Assembly: GCF_900103715.1 (NCBI RefSeq)
Contig: NZ_FNHL01000001.1
Coordinates: 445,295-477,294 of the forward strand
Reading direction: 5' to 3'
Origin: Halogranum gelatinilyticum
Lineage (GTDB): Archaea > Halobacteriota > Halobacteria > Halobacteriales > Haloferacaceae
Length of the DNA: 32,000 nucleotides
Position numbers and translations under genes: made by a program. Below the pieces are notes generated by a model. The model was not told the origin of the DNA. It made no database searches and saw only the letters and a list, made by a program, of their open reading frames with translations. Positions 7,821 through 15,775 of this stretch are shown here, piece by piece (position 1 is the first letter of the stretch; the number at the start of each line of letters is the position of its first letter).

Positions 7821-8828
7821 TCAGTCCAGTCCGTGAATCTCGCGTAACTCGGCGATGAGTTCTTCAGTGTCCTCGTCGGCCTCCTCGTCGGGGTCCATCG
7901 GTTCACGGCCGTCGAAGGTCTCGTGGACCGTGGCGACGCCCTCGGAGAGCGTATCCAGCCCGTAGCCGCCTTCGAGGACGAAACAGAGTGCCGCGTCGAC
8001 TCGTTCGCAGATGCTGCGGACGCGGTCGGTCATCAGCGCGTAGCCCTCCGTCGAGACGCGCATCCGCGAGATGGGGTCGTGACGGTGGGCGTCGAAGCCC
8101 GCCGAGACGATGAGCAGGTCGGGGTCGAACCGGTCGAGCGCGGGGGCCAACAGGTCGTCGATGGCGAGCAGGAAGTCGGCGTCGCCCGTGCCAGCGGGCA
8201 GCGGGATGTTCAGCGTCGTCCCCTCCCCGTCGCCTTCGCCGGTCTCATCGGCGTCGCCCGTGCCGGGGTAGAGACCGTCCTCGTGGATTGAGGCGTAGAA
8301 GACGTCACCCGTGTCGTAGAAGATGTCCTGCGTGCCGTTGCCGTGGTGGACGTCCCAGTCGAAGATCGCGACGCGCTCGGCCTCGCCGTTGTCGATGACG
8401 TCGCGGGCGGCGACGGCGGCGTTGTTGAAGAAACAGAAGCCCATGGCGTCGTCCTCGACGGCGTGGTGACCCGGCGGACGGCCGAGCGCGAAAGGGGTCT
8501 GGCGGCCGTCACGGCCGTCGAGTGCCTCGTGGGCGGCCCACTGCGAGAGCCCGGCACTCGTGAGCGCGGCGTCCCACGTCGCCTCGGCAGCGACGGTGTC
8601 GGGGTCCCAGTTCCCCCCGCCGCTGGCGCAGAACTCCTTGACCTCTTGGACGTAGTCCGCGTCGTGGACAGCGGTGACGGCAGCCTCCGTCGCGGGATCC
8701 GGGTCGACGTACTCGACGCCGTGGCGTTTCGCCAGCCCGCGCTTGATGGCGCGCAGCCGGTCGGCCGTCTCCGGATGCCGCGCGCCGGTGTCGTGGTCGA
8801 GACAGGTGTCGCTGTAGCCGAAGCGCAT
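7821..8828 (-). CDS. hdaI: Histone deacetylase-family (HDAC class II/AcuC-like) protein deacetylase
   Basis: 335-aa ORF with the HDAC motifs RPPGHHA and DWDVHHGNGTQ and the GGY-type C-terminal motif (LEGGYGLD). Its ATG overlaps the upstream histone stop (TAATG). Confidence 0.9.
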   Translation of the reverse strand: MRFGYSDTCLDHDTGARHPETADRLRAIKRGLAKRHGVEYVDPDPATEAAVTAVHDADYVQEVKEFCASGGGNWDPDTVAAEATWDAALTSAGLSQWAAHEALDGRDGRQTPFALGRPPGHHAVEDDAMGFCFFNNAAVAARDVIDNGEAERVAIFDWDVHHGNGTQDIFYDTGDVFYASIHEDGLYPGTGDADETGEGDGEGTTLNIPLPAGTGDADFLLAIDDLLAPALDRFDPDLLIVSAGFDAHRHDPISRMRVSTEGYALMTDRVRSICERVDAALCFVLEGGYGLDTLSEGVATVHETFDGREPMDPDEEADEDTEELIAELREIHGLD

Positions 8829-9259
8829 TATTCGAAGAGGGAGAAGTACGTCTGGATGTCTTCGGCTTGGATGGTCCTGCGGTCGGCGTGGTGGGCCAGT
8901 TTGGCGGCGGCGGCGGCGACGTTGTCGGCGTAGTCCTCCAAGATGTCCGCCAGCGCGATGCGGGCACTCATCGAGACCCGGTAGCGGTCGTCGATGTCGA
9001 GGCGGGCGATACGGTCGACGGGGGCGACCGGCAGTTCCAAGTCCGCGCGGTCGACGACCTGTTCGACCCCGAAGTCCTCGGCCATCAGGGTCTTGCGACC
9101 GTCGACGGTCGCGTTCTCGGCGGCGTCCTTCGCGAGGGTCGCGCCGTGCGACTGGATCCGTCGCGCGAGCTCCTCGGCGGCGTCCGCACTCACCCGGAGG
9201 TTTCCGGCGTTGCGCCGGATGATGGTGTCTACCGGGGCGAACGGCAGCTCAACACTCAT
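8828..9259 (-). CDS. hstA: Archaeal histone, tandem (doublet) histone-fold protein
   Basis: The start is taken at the ATG at 9259 (MSVELPFAPVDTIIRR...); the track ORF begins at a GTG two codons upstream. There are two histone folds, each opening with LP(F/V)APVD(T/R)I. Confidence 0.85.
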   Translation of the reverse strand: MSVELPFAPVDTIIRRNAGNLRVSADAAEELARRIQSHGATLAKDAAENATVDGRKTLMAEDFGVEQVVDRADLELPVAPVDRIARLDIDDRYRVSMSARIALADILEDYADNVAAAAAKLAHHADRRTIQAEDIQTYFSLFE

Positions 9260-9283
9260 ACCCACATACCGGTCCGTGCGCTG

Positions 9284-9297
9284 TATAATCCTTTCCG
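9284..9297 (-). promoter_or_regulatory. Candidate BRE/TATA for a leaderless histone-hdaI transcript
   Basis: The minus strand reads CGGAAAGGATTATA, with the TATA-like ATTATA 25-30 nt upstream of the ATG at 9259. Confidence 0.45.
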
Positions 9298-9390
9298 TTA
9301 AGGCCCTTTCCGCAGCCGAGAGCGATGCTACTCAGGCCTCGTGCGTCCTCGCGGAAAACACGGCTGTACGACAACCCGGTTCGGGGGACA

Positions 9391-9418
9391 GCTCGGGGCT
9401 GGCTCGGGGCTGGCTCAG
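9391..9418. repeat. 11-bp tandem repeat GCTCGGGGCTG, about 2.5 units, at the 3' end of rpa2
   Basis: The sequence is gctcggggctg gctcggggctg gctcag. It overlaps the rpa2 stop codon (9415-9417, minus strand). Confidence 0.8.
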
Positions 9419-10857
9419 AACACGTCGTCGGCGTCGATGGTGCCGTCACGGAGCGTCCCGCGGACGGTCACCTCCTCGCCGAGTCGCAGTTTGGCGTCGG
9501 TCTTGACGCTCCGGGTCTTGGTTCCGTTGTCGAGGACGACCGGGTTCCCGGCCTGGACGACCGTCCCGGTGAACTCGACGTCCTCGCCGTCGGCGTCGGC
9601 CGTCTTCGTCGCGACCGCCGCTCCGCCAGCACCGCCTGCCGCGCTCTCGGCCTCGCTGTCGGCTCCGCCGTCGCTGCTGGAGTCACTCCCGAACGCGTCC
9701 AGCCCGCCCTGTCCGTTGCTCGCCGCGCCCGACGAGTCGTCGTTGAGACTGTCGCGCGTGACGCTCACGGTCGAACGCCAGCCCGCGGAGGCCTCCAGAT
9801 CCTCCTGCCAGCCGTCCTTGATCTCGACGTCCGTCAGCACGACGTGGTCCGCGAGGTCGACGTCGGTGTCGGCCTTCTCGCCCCACATCGCGACGCGGAT
9901 CTCGCCCGTCTCGTCTTTGACGCGGATATTGCGGACCTGTCCCTGCGAGCCGTCGTCGCGGTCGAAGGTGCGCTTGGGGTCCGTCTCGATGACACCGCCC
10001 GCGATGTCGACCGTCTGGCCGATCTCCAAGTCGCCGATGTCGGCGGTGTCGGGGACGTACTGGACCTCCTCGTCGAGTTCCTCGACCGCGCCGCGCGAGC
10101 CGACGTGGAGTTCCAGCGAGCCGTCGCGCTCGCGGACGTAGCCGTCGACGACCTCGACGGTGACGCCCGTGTCGAGTTCGTCGGCGCGGTCGGCCTGCTC
10201 GTCCCACAGCGTGACGCGGACGCGACCCGTCTCGTCGCCGACGGTCAGGTTGGCGACGCGGCCCTCGCTCCCGTCGTCGCGGTCGAACGTCCGGATTTCG
10301 GAGGTGTCGAGCACCTTCCCTTTGAGGTTGACGTCCGAGAGGCCGAGCGAGAGGTCCTCGACCTGGTAGGTGTCGAGCACTTGGACGTCCACCTCCTCGT
10401 CGGGAGCGGGCTCGGCCTTGTCGATGCTGACCTCGACGCCGTTGAAACCGTCCTTCGGGCGGCCCGCGATGCGGAGCACCTCGCCGACTTCGAGGCTGTC
10501 GACGACGTCGACGGCCATCCCGTCCCAGAAGGAGACGCGGACGCGACCCGTCTCGTCGGCGACCTCGACGTTGACGACGCGGCCGTCCTCGTCCTCGCCG
10601 TCGCGCTCGAAGGTGCGCAACTCGCCGACGCTGACGACCTTCGCGAGGAACTTCACCTCGTCCATGCCGGGTTCGATGTCGGCGATGCCGCTCACCTCGC
10701 CGCCCTGGTCTGTTAGCTCGTGGGCGATGAGCATCGCCGCCGTCTCGTCGTCCGCGAGCCCCCCCATCTGTTCGACTTTGTCCTGGACTGCAGCCTCGAA
10801 TTCCTCGAAAGAAACCTCCGTGTCGAGGTCTTCGTAGACGTCCTCTATCGCGCCCAT
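9415..10857 (-). CDS. rpa2: Replication protein A (single-stranded DNA-binding protein with multiple OB folds)
   Basis: About 480 aa with four internally repeated OB-fold units (recurring ...RTFDRDDGS.G.V.N..V.DETG.IRV..W...A). The start is taken at the ATG at 10857 (MGAIEDVYEDL). Synteny with the histone and hdaI genes is as remembered for Haloferax rpa2. Confidence 0.85.
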   Translation of the reverse strand: MGAIEDVYEDLDTEVSFEEFEAAVQDKVEQMGGLADDETAAMLIAHELTDQGGEVSGIADIEPGMDEVKFLAKVVSVGELRTFERDGEDEDGRVVNVEVADETGRVRVSFWDGMAVDVVDSLEVGEVLRIAGRPKDGFNGVEVSIDKAEPAPDEEVDVQVLDTYQVEDLSLGLSDVNLKGKVLDTSEIRTFDRDDGSEGRVANLTVGDETGRVRVTLWDEQADRADELDTGVTVEVVDGYVRERDGSLELHVGSRGAVEELDEEVQYVPDTADIGDLEIGQTVDIAGGVIETDPKRTFDRDDGSQGQVRNIRVKDETGEIRVAMWGEKADTDVDLADHVVLTDVEIKDGWQEDLEASAGWRSTVSVTRDSLNDDSSGAASNGQGGLDAFGSDSSSDGGADSEAESAAGGAGGAAVATKTADADGEDVEFTGTVVQAGNPVVLDNGTKTRSVKTDAKLRLGEEVTVRGTLRDGTIDADDVF

Positions 10858-11031
10858 AATCGTGTAGCCAAGCAAGGTGAGTGCGCGCTTAAGCGTTGTC
10901 CTTGCCGGGGTGGGTCCGCGCTGTCTGGTGGTTTTGAAGCCACGAATCGGCCTGTCGTACGCATAGACTGTCTAGCTTCGGTATGATTCAAAAAGGTTCG
11001 GCCGTCAGCGTCCGCGCCCGGCCCGCTCTCG

Positions 11032-11484
11032 TCACCGCTCGGCGGTCGCGACCGTCTCGCGCGAACCCATGCTGTCGTGGACGACGGTGACCGTCGCGGG
11101 GCGGTCGCCGTCGAACGTCACCGTCGCCTCGTACCCGCGCTGGACGAGTGCCTGCGTGCAGCCGTCGCCGCCCCGCGCTTCGGTGGTCACGACGACTTCC
11201 AGCGTCTCGCCATCCACCGTCACGTCGGCGAGGACGGGCTGGTGGCAGCCGTTCGGTCCCTGGATACAGCCGGTGACGACGACGGCGGCGTCGACGGCGA
11301 CGCTCGCTGTATTGGGAACCGAGCAGTCGCCGGTTGCGTCGAGTGTCGACGAGTCGACCGTCGGTGCCGACCCCGGCGACGGCGACCCGCCCGCCGTTCC
11401 GTCTCCCCCGCCACCTGCAGTACAGCCGCTCAGCCCGGTCGTCGTCGCCGTTGCGACTGCCGCGAGCACCGTTCGGCGGTTCAT
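11032..11484 (-). CDS. Hypothetical secreted lipoprotein (Tat-like signal, lipobox)
   Basis: The ORF 11032-11607 is trimmed to the ATG at 11484 (MNRRTVLAAVATATTTGLSGC). A Gly/Ser/Pro linker is followed by a Cys-containing beta-rich domain. No family is recognised. Confidence 0.6.
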   Translation of the reverse strand: MNRRTVLAAVATATTTGLSGCTAGGGGDGTAGGSPSPGSAPTVDSSTLDATGDCSVPNTASVAVDAAVVVTGCIQGPNGCHQPVLADVTVDGETLEVVVTTEARGGDGCTQALVQRGYEATVTFDGDRPATVTVVHDSMGSRETVATAER

Positions 11485-11722
11485 ATCCAGAGTTCGTCCG
11501 ATGATTGTAAACCGCTTGTGGCTGGTCAAAAGCAGCGTCGGGTGGGCGCGCACCCGCTCACCGAGCAGACTCGGACCCGGCTGACCGCGTCGATATCCCG
11601 CCGCCATCGTGCGGTTCCGTACCGTGTGTCCACTGTCTCATACGGCGTCTATACCGGGGCGTTTAAGTAAATGGGTGGGGTTGAATGAAATGGAAGCGCG
11701 GTGCGCCGCGTGGACGCACAAA

Positions 11723-11795
11723 GTCCTGGTAGGGTAGTGGACTATCCTCTTGGCTTGCGGAGCCAGGGACCGGAGTTCAAATCTCCGTCAGGACG
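11723..11795 (+). tRNA. tRNA-Arg (GCG)
   Basis: A hand-folded 73-nt cloverleaf: acceptor GTCCTGG/TCAGGAC, anticodon arm TTGGC-TTGCGGA-GCCAG, 4-nt variable loop, T arm CGGAG-TTCAAAT-CTCCG, discriminator G, followed by TTTT. Confidence 0.85.
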
Positions 11796-11891
11796 TTTTC
11801 GAGGGCACTAACACGACGAGCGAAGCGAGTCGTCAGTGCCCGTTTCGAGTCAAACACGGAGATTTGAGCAGGGAGCGGCTTCGCCGCGACC

Positions 11892-11916
11892 GAGTTCAAA
11901 TCTCCGTCAGGACGTT
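11892..11916 (+). repeat. Exact 25-nt copy of the tRNA-Arg 3' end (T-loop to discriminator plus TT)
   Basis: GAGTTCAAATCTCCGTCAGGACGTT is identical to 11773-11797 inside and just past the tRNA. Confidence 0.95.
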
Positions 11917-11968
11917 CACTTTCGTTCGCGACCTGACTTGCCCCACGCTCGCGTCCGCTCGCGTGAGA

Positions 11969-11984
11969 CTCCGTCAGGACGTTT
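11969..11984 (+). repeat. Exact 16-nt copy of the tRNA-Arg 3' end
   Basis: CTCCGTCAGGACGTTT is identical to 11783-11798. Confidence 0.9.
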
Positions 11985-12154
11985 CTCTCGGAAAACTACG
12001 CCCGCGAGAGACCTCTGTATCTCCCGATTCGCTGCTCACCGACATAGAGACCCATCGCTCGTTGGTGTCACCAACCCTGCGTCGGCAACGGGGCAAACTC
12101 GTGGGTCACGGATCAGCGAACTGTGCTGGGGGGACCCGATTCGGGGCGTCCGTG

Positions 12155-12409
12155 TCACTTCTCGCGACCGTGGCGTCGTCGCGAGGTCGACTGTTCGGGA
12201 GTCCTGCGGGTGATGCTCGGCCGCGTGGGACGCGTGGGACGCGTCGAGCGCGTGGGGGACGGCGAGAACCGGAGTCGTCGGCTCCGCTTCGGGGCGGGCT
12301 GTTGTTTCCCTTGCCACGCGCCGTGGCACTCGGGGCAGTAGTAGCCGTGGTAGCCGTTGCGGCTCAGATAGGTGTCGCCGCAGTCGATGCAGGTGGGATG
12401 GGTGGTCAT
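12155..12409 (-). CDS. Small zinc-finger protein (CxxC...CxxC) with a basic, repeat-containing tail
   Basis: From the ATG at 12409 it reads MTTHPTCIDCGDTYLSRNGYHGYYCPECHGAWQ..., with two Cys pairs as in haloarchaeal small CPxCG-type zinc-finger proteins. Codon bias is good over the finger. The tail (TRSTRPTRPTRP) is encoded by a 9-bp tandem repeat. Confidence 0.5.
   Translation of the reverse strand: MTTHPTCIDCGDTYLSRNGYHGYYCPECHGAWQGKQQPAPKRSRRLRFSPSPTRSTRPTRPTRPSITRRTPEQSTSRRRHGREK
12222..12257. repeat. 9-bp tandem repeat CGCGTGGGA, 4 units (2 exact, 2 degenerate)
   Basis: The units are cgcgtggga, cgcgtggga, cgcgtcgag and cgcgtgggg. The repeat lies inside the tail-coding part of the zinc-finger ORF. 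Confidence 0.85.
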
Positions 12410-12574
12410 CGACGAACACCCGAACGAGTCGTTCGAAGGGCTGTGCTTGCCATGTGTTATCACACAGGTAACTGTCGGTCACGCAGCTATATATGTATTC
12501 TCGTCATGTGCGTCGGGTACGGCCGTCCTACCGCCCGACGAGCGTATCACGGGGGTTTTGCCGACCGGTCCTCA

Positions 12575-13198
12575 ATGACCCGTATGGACGACGCACTCCG
12601 GGCTGGCGTCGCCGTCTACAACGTCGGCGAGTACCACGCGGCCCACGACGCCTGGGAAGACGAGTGGCTCGGGTTGGCCGACGGCACCGACGACGAGCGT
12701 CTCCTCCACGGACTGATTCAGTTCACCGCAGCCGTCTACCACGCCCGTCGGGGGAACTGGTCGGGGGCGACGGGGCTGGCCGAGAGTGCGGGCGAGTATC
12801 TCTCGGGGCTCCCGGCGACGTCCCACGGCGTCGACCTCGACGTCGTCCGCGACTATCTCGCTGCCCTCGAAGCCGACCCGGAACGTGTCGAGCGCGCTGC
12901 CCCGCCGAAACTGACCGTCGAGGGCGACGCCGTGACGCCGCGGGATCTCGACTTCGCGGCCGCCGCGTTGGCTGCCGAAATCGTCGCCGAAGAGTACGAC
13001 CGCTACGACGAATCAGTCGTCGCCGCCGGTATCGACTACGCTCGCGAAGAACTGGGAAGCGCGCAGACGCGCTTTATCACCTTCGTGATGGATTTCGCGG
13101 CCGACGTGGAGCACCGCGACATCATCTACCAGCGGCTCTCCGAACACGTCGAGCGACGGCAACACAAGAAACGCGACGTCGAAGGGCTGTTCGACTGA
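12575..13198 (+). CDS. DUF309 domain protein
   Basis: Only the C-terminal 207 codons of the 482-aa track ORF look coding. From the ATG at 12575 it reads MTRMDDALRAGVAVYNVGEYHAAHDAWEDEWL...LLHGLIQFTAAVYHARRGN, which is the DUF309 signature. Confidence 0.75.
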   Translation: MTRMDDALRAGVAVYNVGEYHAAHDAWEDEWLGLADGTDDERLLHGLIQFTAAVYHARRGNWSGATGLAESAGEYLSGLPATSHGVDLDVVRDYLAALEADPERVERAAPPKLTVEGDAVTPRDLDFAAAALAAEIVAEEYDRYDESVVAAGIDYAREELGSAQTRFITFVMDFAADVEHRDIIYQRLSEHVERRQHKKRDVEGLFD

Positions 13199-13207
13199 CT
13201 CACTAAC

Positions 13208-13987
13208 TCACTGATTCTTCGGGTGGTCCTCGAACTCTTTCGAGTTGTCGACCGGTTCGTAACCAAGGACCTCGCGAGCGCGGGAGATGTCGTAGTATTT
13301 CCGTTCGTTGTCGCTGATACCGTAGACGATCTCGTAGCCGTAGTCGGCGGTGAGACAGCAGTCGAAGAGTCGCGCACAGTCGCGGTAGGAGAGCCACATC
13401 GCCTGGCCGCGCTCGTAGTTCCACGGCGGATGGCCGCGCGTGAGGTTGCCGATACGGACGCAGACGACCGAGAGGTCGTAGTGGTCGTGGTAGTAGCGGC
13501 CGAGCGTCTCGCCGGTGGCCTTGCTGACGCCGTAGAGGTTGCTCGGACGGGGGAGTTCCGTCCCGTCGAGGCGGTAGTCGTCGTGTGGGCGGTACATGTC
13601 GGGGGTGCGCTCGTCGGTCTCGAAGGCGCCGACCGCGTGGTTCGAGGAGGCGAAGGCGACCTTGTCGACGTCGGCCTCGACGGCCGCCTCGAAGACGGTC
13701 TGTGTACCGTCGATGTTGTTGCGGAGCACGCTGTCCCACGGTGCTTCGGGCCGGGGGTCGCCCGCGAGGTGGATGATCGCACCGACGCCGTCGACGGCCT
13801 CGGCGACCGCCTCGTCGTCGGTCACGTCGGCGACGTAGACGGCGTCTGCGTCGACGCTCTCGGGGATCTTCTCTCGTGGGAGCGGTTCACGGTCGAGTAG
13901 TCGCCAGTCGTAGTCGTCGGCGAGGTCGCGTAGGATGGCCTGTCCAACGCGGCCGCCGGCACCCGTGAGGAGAACCGGGTCGTCCAT
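13208..13987 (-). CDS. NAD-dependent epimerase/dehydratase family protein
   Basis: The ORF is trimmed to the ATG at 13987 (MDDPVLLTGAGGRVGQ..., a Rossmann GxxGxxG). It has the YxxxK active-site region (LYGVSKATGE). Confidence 0.85.
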   Translation of the reverse strand: MDDPVLLTGAGGRVGQAILRDLADDYDWRLLDREPLPREKIPESVDADAVYVADVTDDEAVAEAVDGVGAIIHLAGDPRPEAPWDSVLRNNIDGTQTVFEAAVEADVDKVAFASSNHAVGAFETDERTPDMYRPHDDYRLDGTELPRPSNLYGVSKATGETLGRYYHDHYDLSVVCVRIGNLTRGHPPWNYERGQAMWLSYRDCARLFDCCLTADYGYEIVYGISDNERKYYDISRAREVLGYEPVDNSKEFEDHPKNQ

Positions 13988-14079
13988 TCGATTGCACATA
14001 CGACAGTGAGAGGGTAAGTAACGTCCGGTTCGCGCCAGCACTCGACAGAATTTAGCACGCCCCGTCCGACGGGACGGCC

Positions 14080-14436
14080 ATGCCGACAGACGCAGAGACC
14101 GCGTGTTTCGAGGCGGGCATCAAGTTCGGGACGCTCTATCACCAGTTCGCTGGCACGCCGGTCAGTCCGGCGTCGTCGCGGAGTCTGGAGACCGCGATGG
14201 CCGAGGCCATCGAGAACCAGCCGCACTGCGAAGCCGTCACGGTCGACATTCTCGATGATGCCCTCGAAGCCGAGCTGGCGGGCCAGTCGGCGGACTACAC
14301 CGAGCTCACGGGCCGGTTCATGGAGGTCGAGATGCGCATCGCCTACGAGGGTGTCACGGTCAACACCCGGATGGAGATGGAGGGCGACTATCCGCTGATG
14401 AAGCTCGTCTCCGTCGAGGACGCTCCAGACAACTGA
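14080..14436 (+). CDS. mptD: Archaeal dihydroneopterin aldolase-like protein (MptD family)
   Basis: 118-aa ORF. The N-terminal FEAGIKFGTLYHQFAGTPV matches my memory of the archaeal DHNA/MptD family signature. This has not been verified by search. Confidence 0.5.
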   Translation: MPTDAETACFEAGIKFGTLYHQFAGTPVSPASSRSLETAMAEAIENQPHCEAVTVDILDDALEAELAGQSADYTELTGRFMEVEMRIAYEGVTVNTRMEMEGDYPLMKLVSVEDAPDN

Positions 14437-14458
14437 TTTCACTTTCACTTTCGGGCGT

Positions 14459-14468
14459 GTTTTTAAAT
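14459..14468 (+). promoter_or_regulatory. TATA box for a leaderless transcript of the 14492 gene
   Basis: In GTTTTTAAAT, the TTTAAA at 14462-14467 lies 25-30 nt upstream of the ATG at 14492. Confidence 0.5.
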
Positions 14469-14491
14469 GCGGACCGGACGAACAGCGTGCC

Positions 14492-14971
14492 ATGAGTAGT
14501 CAGTCGACACTCGAGGACGACGACCTGTTCGGCGAAGCGGCGGCCGAGATGCGCGCGGACGTCGAAGAGCATCTCCAGCAGGCGTGGGACGAACTGCCGG
14601 ACAGCGACGACGTCTGGGATACCGAGGCTGACAACGTCCTCGGCGTACTCAACGGGCTTCGCTCGGCGTTGGACGCCGGTGACGCCGAGGACCATCTCCG
14701 ACAGGCGAAGAAGTGGTACACGATGGGCCAGCGCGCCGACGCCTTCGAGGACGCCGACGACCTCGCCGAGGAGATCGAGGCCGTCGAGGAGGTCATCGAG
14801 ATGCTCGCCGACGCCCGCGAACAGGTGGGCGGACTGACGAGCACGATGCCGCAGCTCCGCGGCGCGCTCGACGAGGCGATGGAGCGTGACGACGACGACG
14901 AAGAGGAGGAGGAAGAAGAGGTCGACGCGGACGAAGAAGACGAGGAAGACGAGGAAGACGAAGAAGAGTAA
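14492..14971 (+). CDS. Hypothetical highly acidic protein with a poly-Asp/Glu C-terminus
   Basis: 159-aa ORF with strong halophile codon and amino-acid bias. The tail is DDDDEEEEEEEVDADEEDEEDEEDEEE. No family is recognised. Confidence 0.65.
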   Translation: MSSQSTLEDDDLFGEAAAEMRADVEEHLQQAWDELPDSDDVWDTEADNVLGVLNGLRSALDAGDAEDHLRQAKKWYTMGQRADAFEDADDLAEEIEAVEEVIEMLADAREQVGGLTSTMPQLRGALDEAMERDDDDEEEEEEEVDADEEDEEDEEDEEE

Positions 14972-14972
14972 C

Positions 14973-15710
14973 TCAGCGGTGGTCCGGTCGGCGGACGTCT
15001 CTTTTCGCGACGGCATCGAGCAGTTTCACGAGCGACGCCGTCGCCAGCGTCAGCAGCTCCTCGCCACGCTCGGTGTCGCCCTCGGCCGGGTCGCCGACGA
15101 CGCCGTTCTCGGAGAACTCCGCGGAGTCGTGGGCGAGGTTGACCCGCGAGACCCACTCGCCCCAGCCGTCAGCCGCGCCCTCGCGGGCTTCGTCGAGACG
15201 GTCCTCCTGGACCAACTCGGGCGCGAGATGTCGGAGCATCGCCGTCTCCAGCGGGCCGCCGTGACCCATGTCCGAGGAGTGCTCGCCGACCGACTCGAAC
15301 CAGGTGAAGGCGACGGCGTAGGCGTCGTCGTGACGGCTGATGGTCCCCGTGACCTCGCGGAGCGCGTCGACGTTGCCGCCGTGGCCGTTGACGACGACGA
15401 CCCGGTCGAAACCGTGGTGGGCGAGGCTCTGGACCGTCTCGCGCACGTAGTCGCGGAAGGTCTCGGGTGAGACCCAGAGCGTCCCGGTGAACTGGCGATG
15501 TTCCTCGGCGACGCCGACAGGGATGGCGGGAGCGACGACGACCTCTTCGTCGTACGCCTCGGCGGCCGCGTCGGCGACGGCAGTGGCAGTGAGAGTGTCC
15601 GTGCCGAGCGGGGCGTGTGGCCCGTGCTGTTCGGTGCTGCCGACGGGGAGAAGCGCGAGGTCCGTGTCGCAGTCGTCGACGTCGGTCCACGTGGCGTCCG
15701 CGAGATGCAT
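14973..15710 (-). CDS. Creatininase-family amidohydrolase (ArfB-like)
   Basis: 245-aa ORF. The N-terminus LALLPVGSTEQHGPHAPLGTD and the internal VVVNGHGGN are creatininase-family motifs. Confidence 0.8.
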   Translation of the reverse strand: MHLADATWTDVDDCDTDLALLPVGSTEQHGPHAPLGTDTLTATAVADAAAEAYDEEVVVAPAIPVGVAEEHRQFTGTLWVSPETFRDYVRETVQSLAHHGFDRVVVVNGHGGNVDALREVTGTISRHDDAYAVAFTWFESVGEHSSDMGHGGPLETAMLRHLAPELVQEDRLDEAREGAADGWGEWVSRVNLAHDSAEFSENGVVGDPAEGDTERGEELLTLATASLVKLLDAVAKRDVRRPDHR

Positions 15711-15775
15711 ACCGGCGGAAGGTGGGCGACGGGTTTGTAACCCGCGGTCGTCGTCGGGAGACGGGAGATGTCGGG

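Noticed and set aside
9325-10716. 463-aa plus-strand ORF, plus other ORFs antisense to rpa2
   Set aside because: It lies opposite the RPA gene, which has clear repeated OB-fold units. Its composition is low-complexity Val/Asp/Ala/Arg. It is a shadow ORF.
11750-12574. N-terminal 275 codons of the 482-aa ORF 11750-13198
   Set aside because: This part starts inside tRNA-Arg and reads through the tRNA 3'-end copies and hairpins. It is Arg/Ser-rich with poor codon bias. Only the DUF309 part from 12575 onward looks coding.
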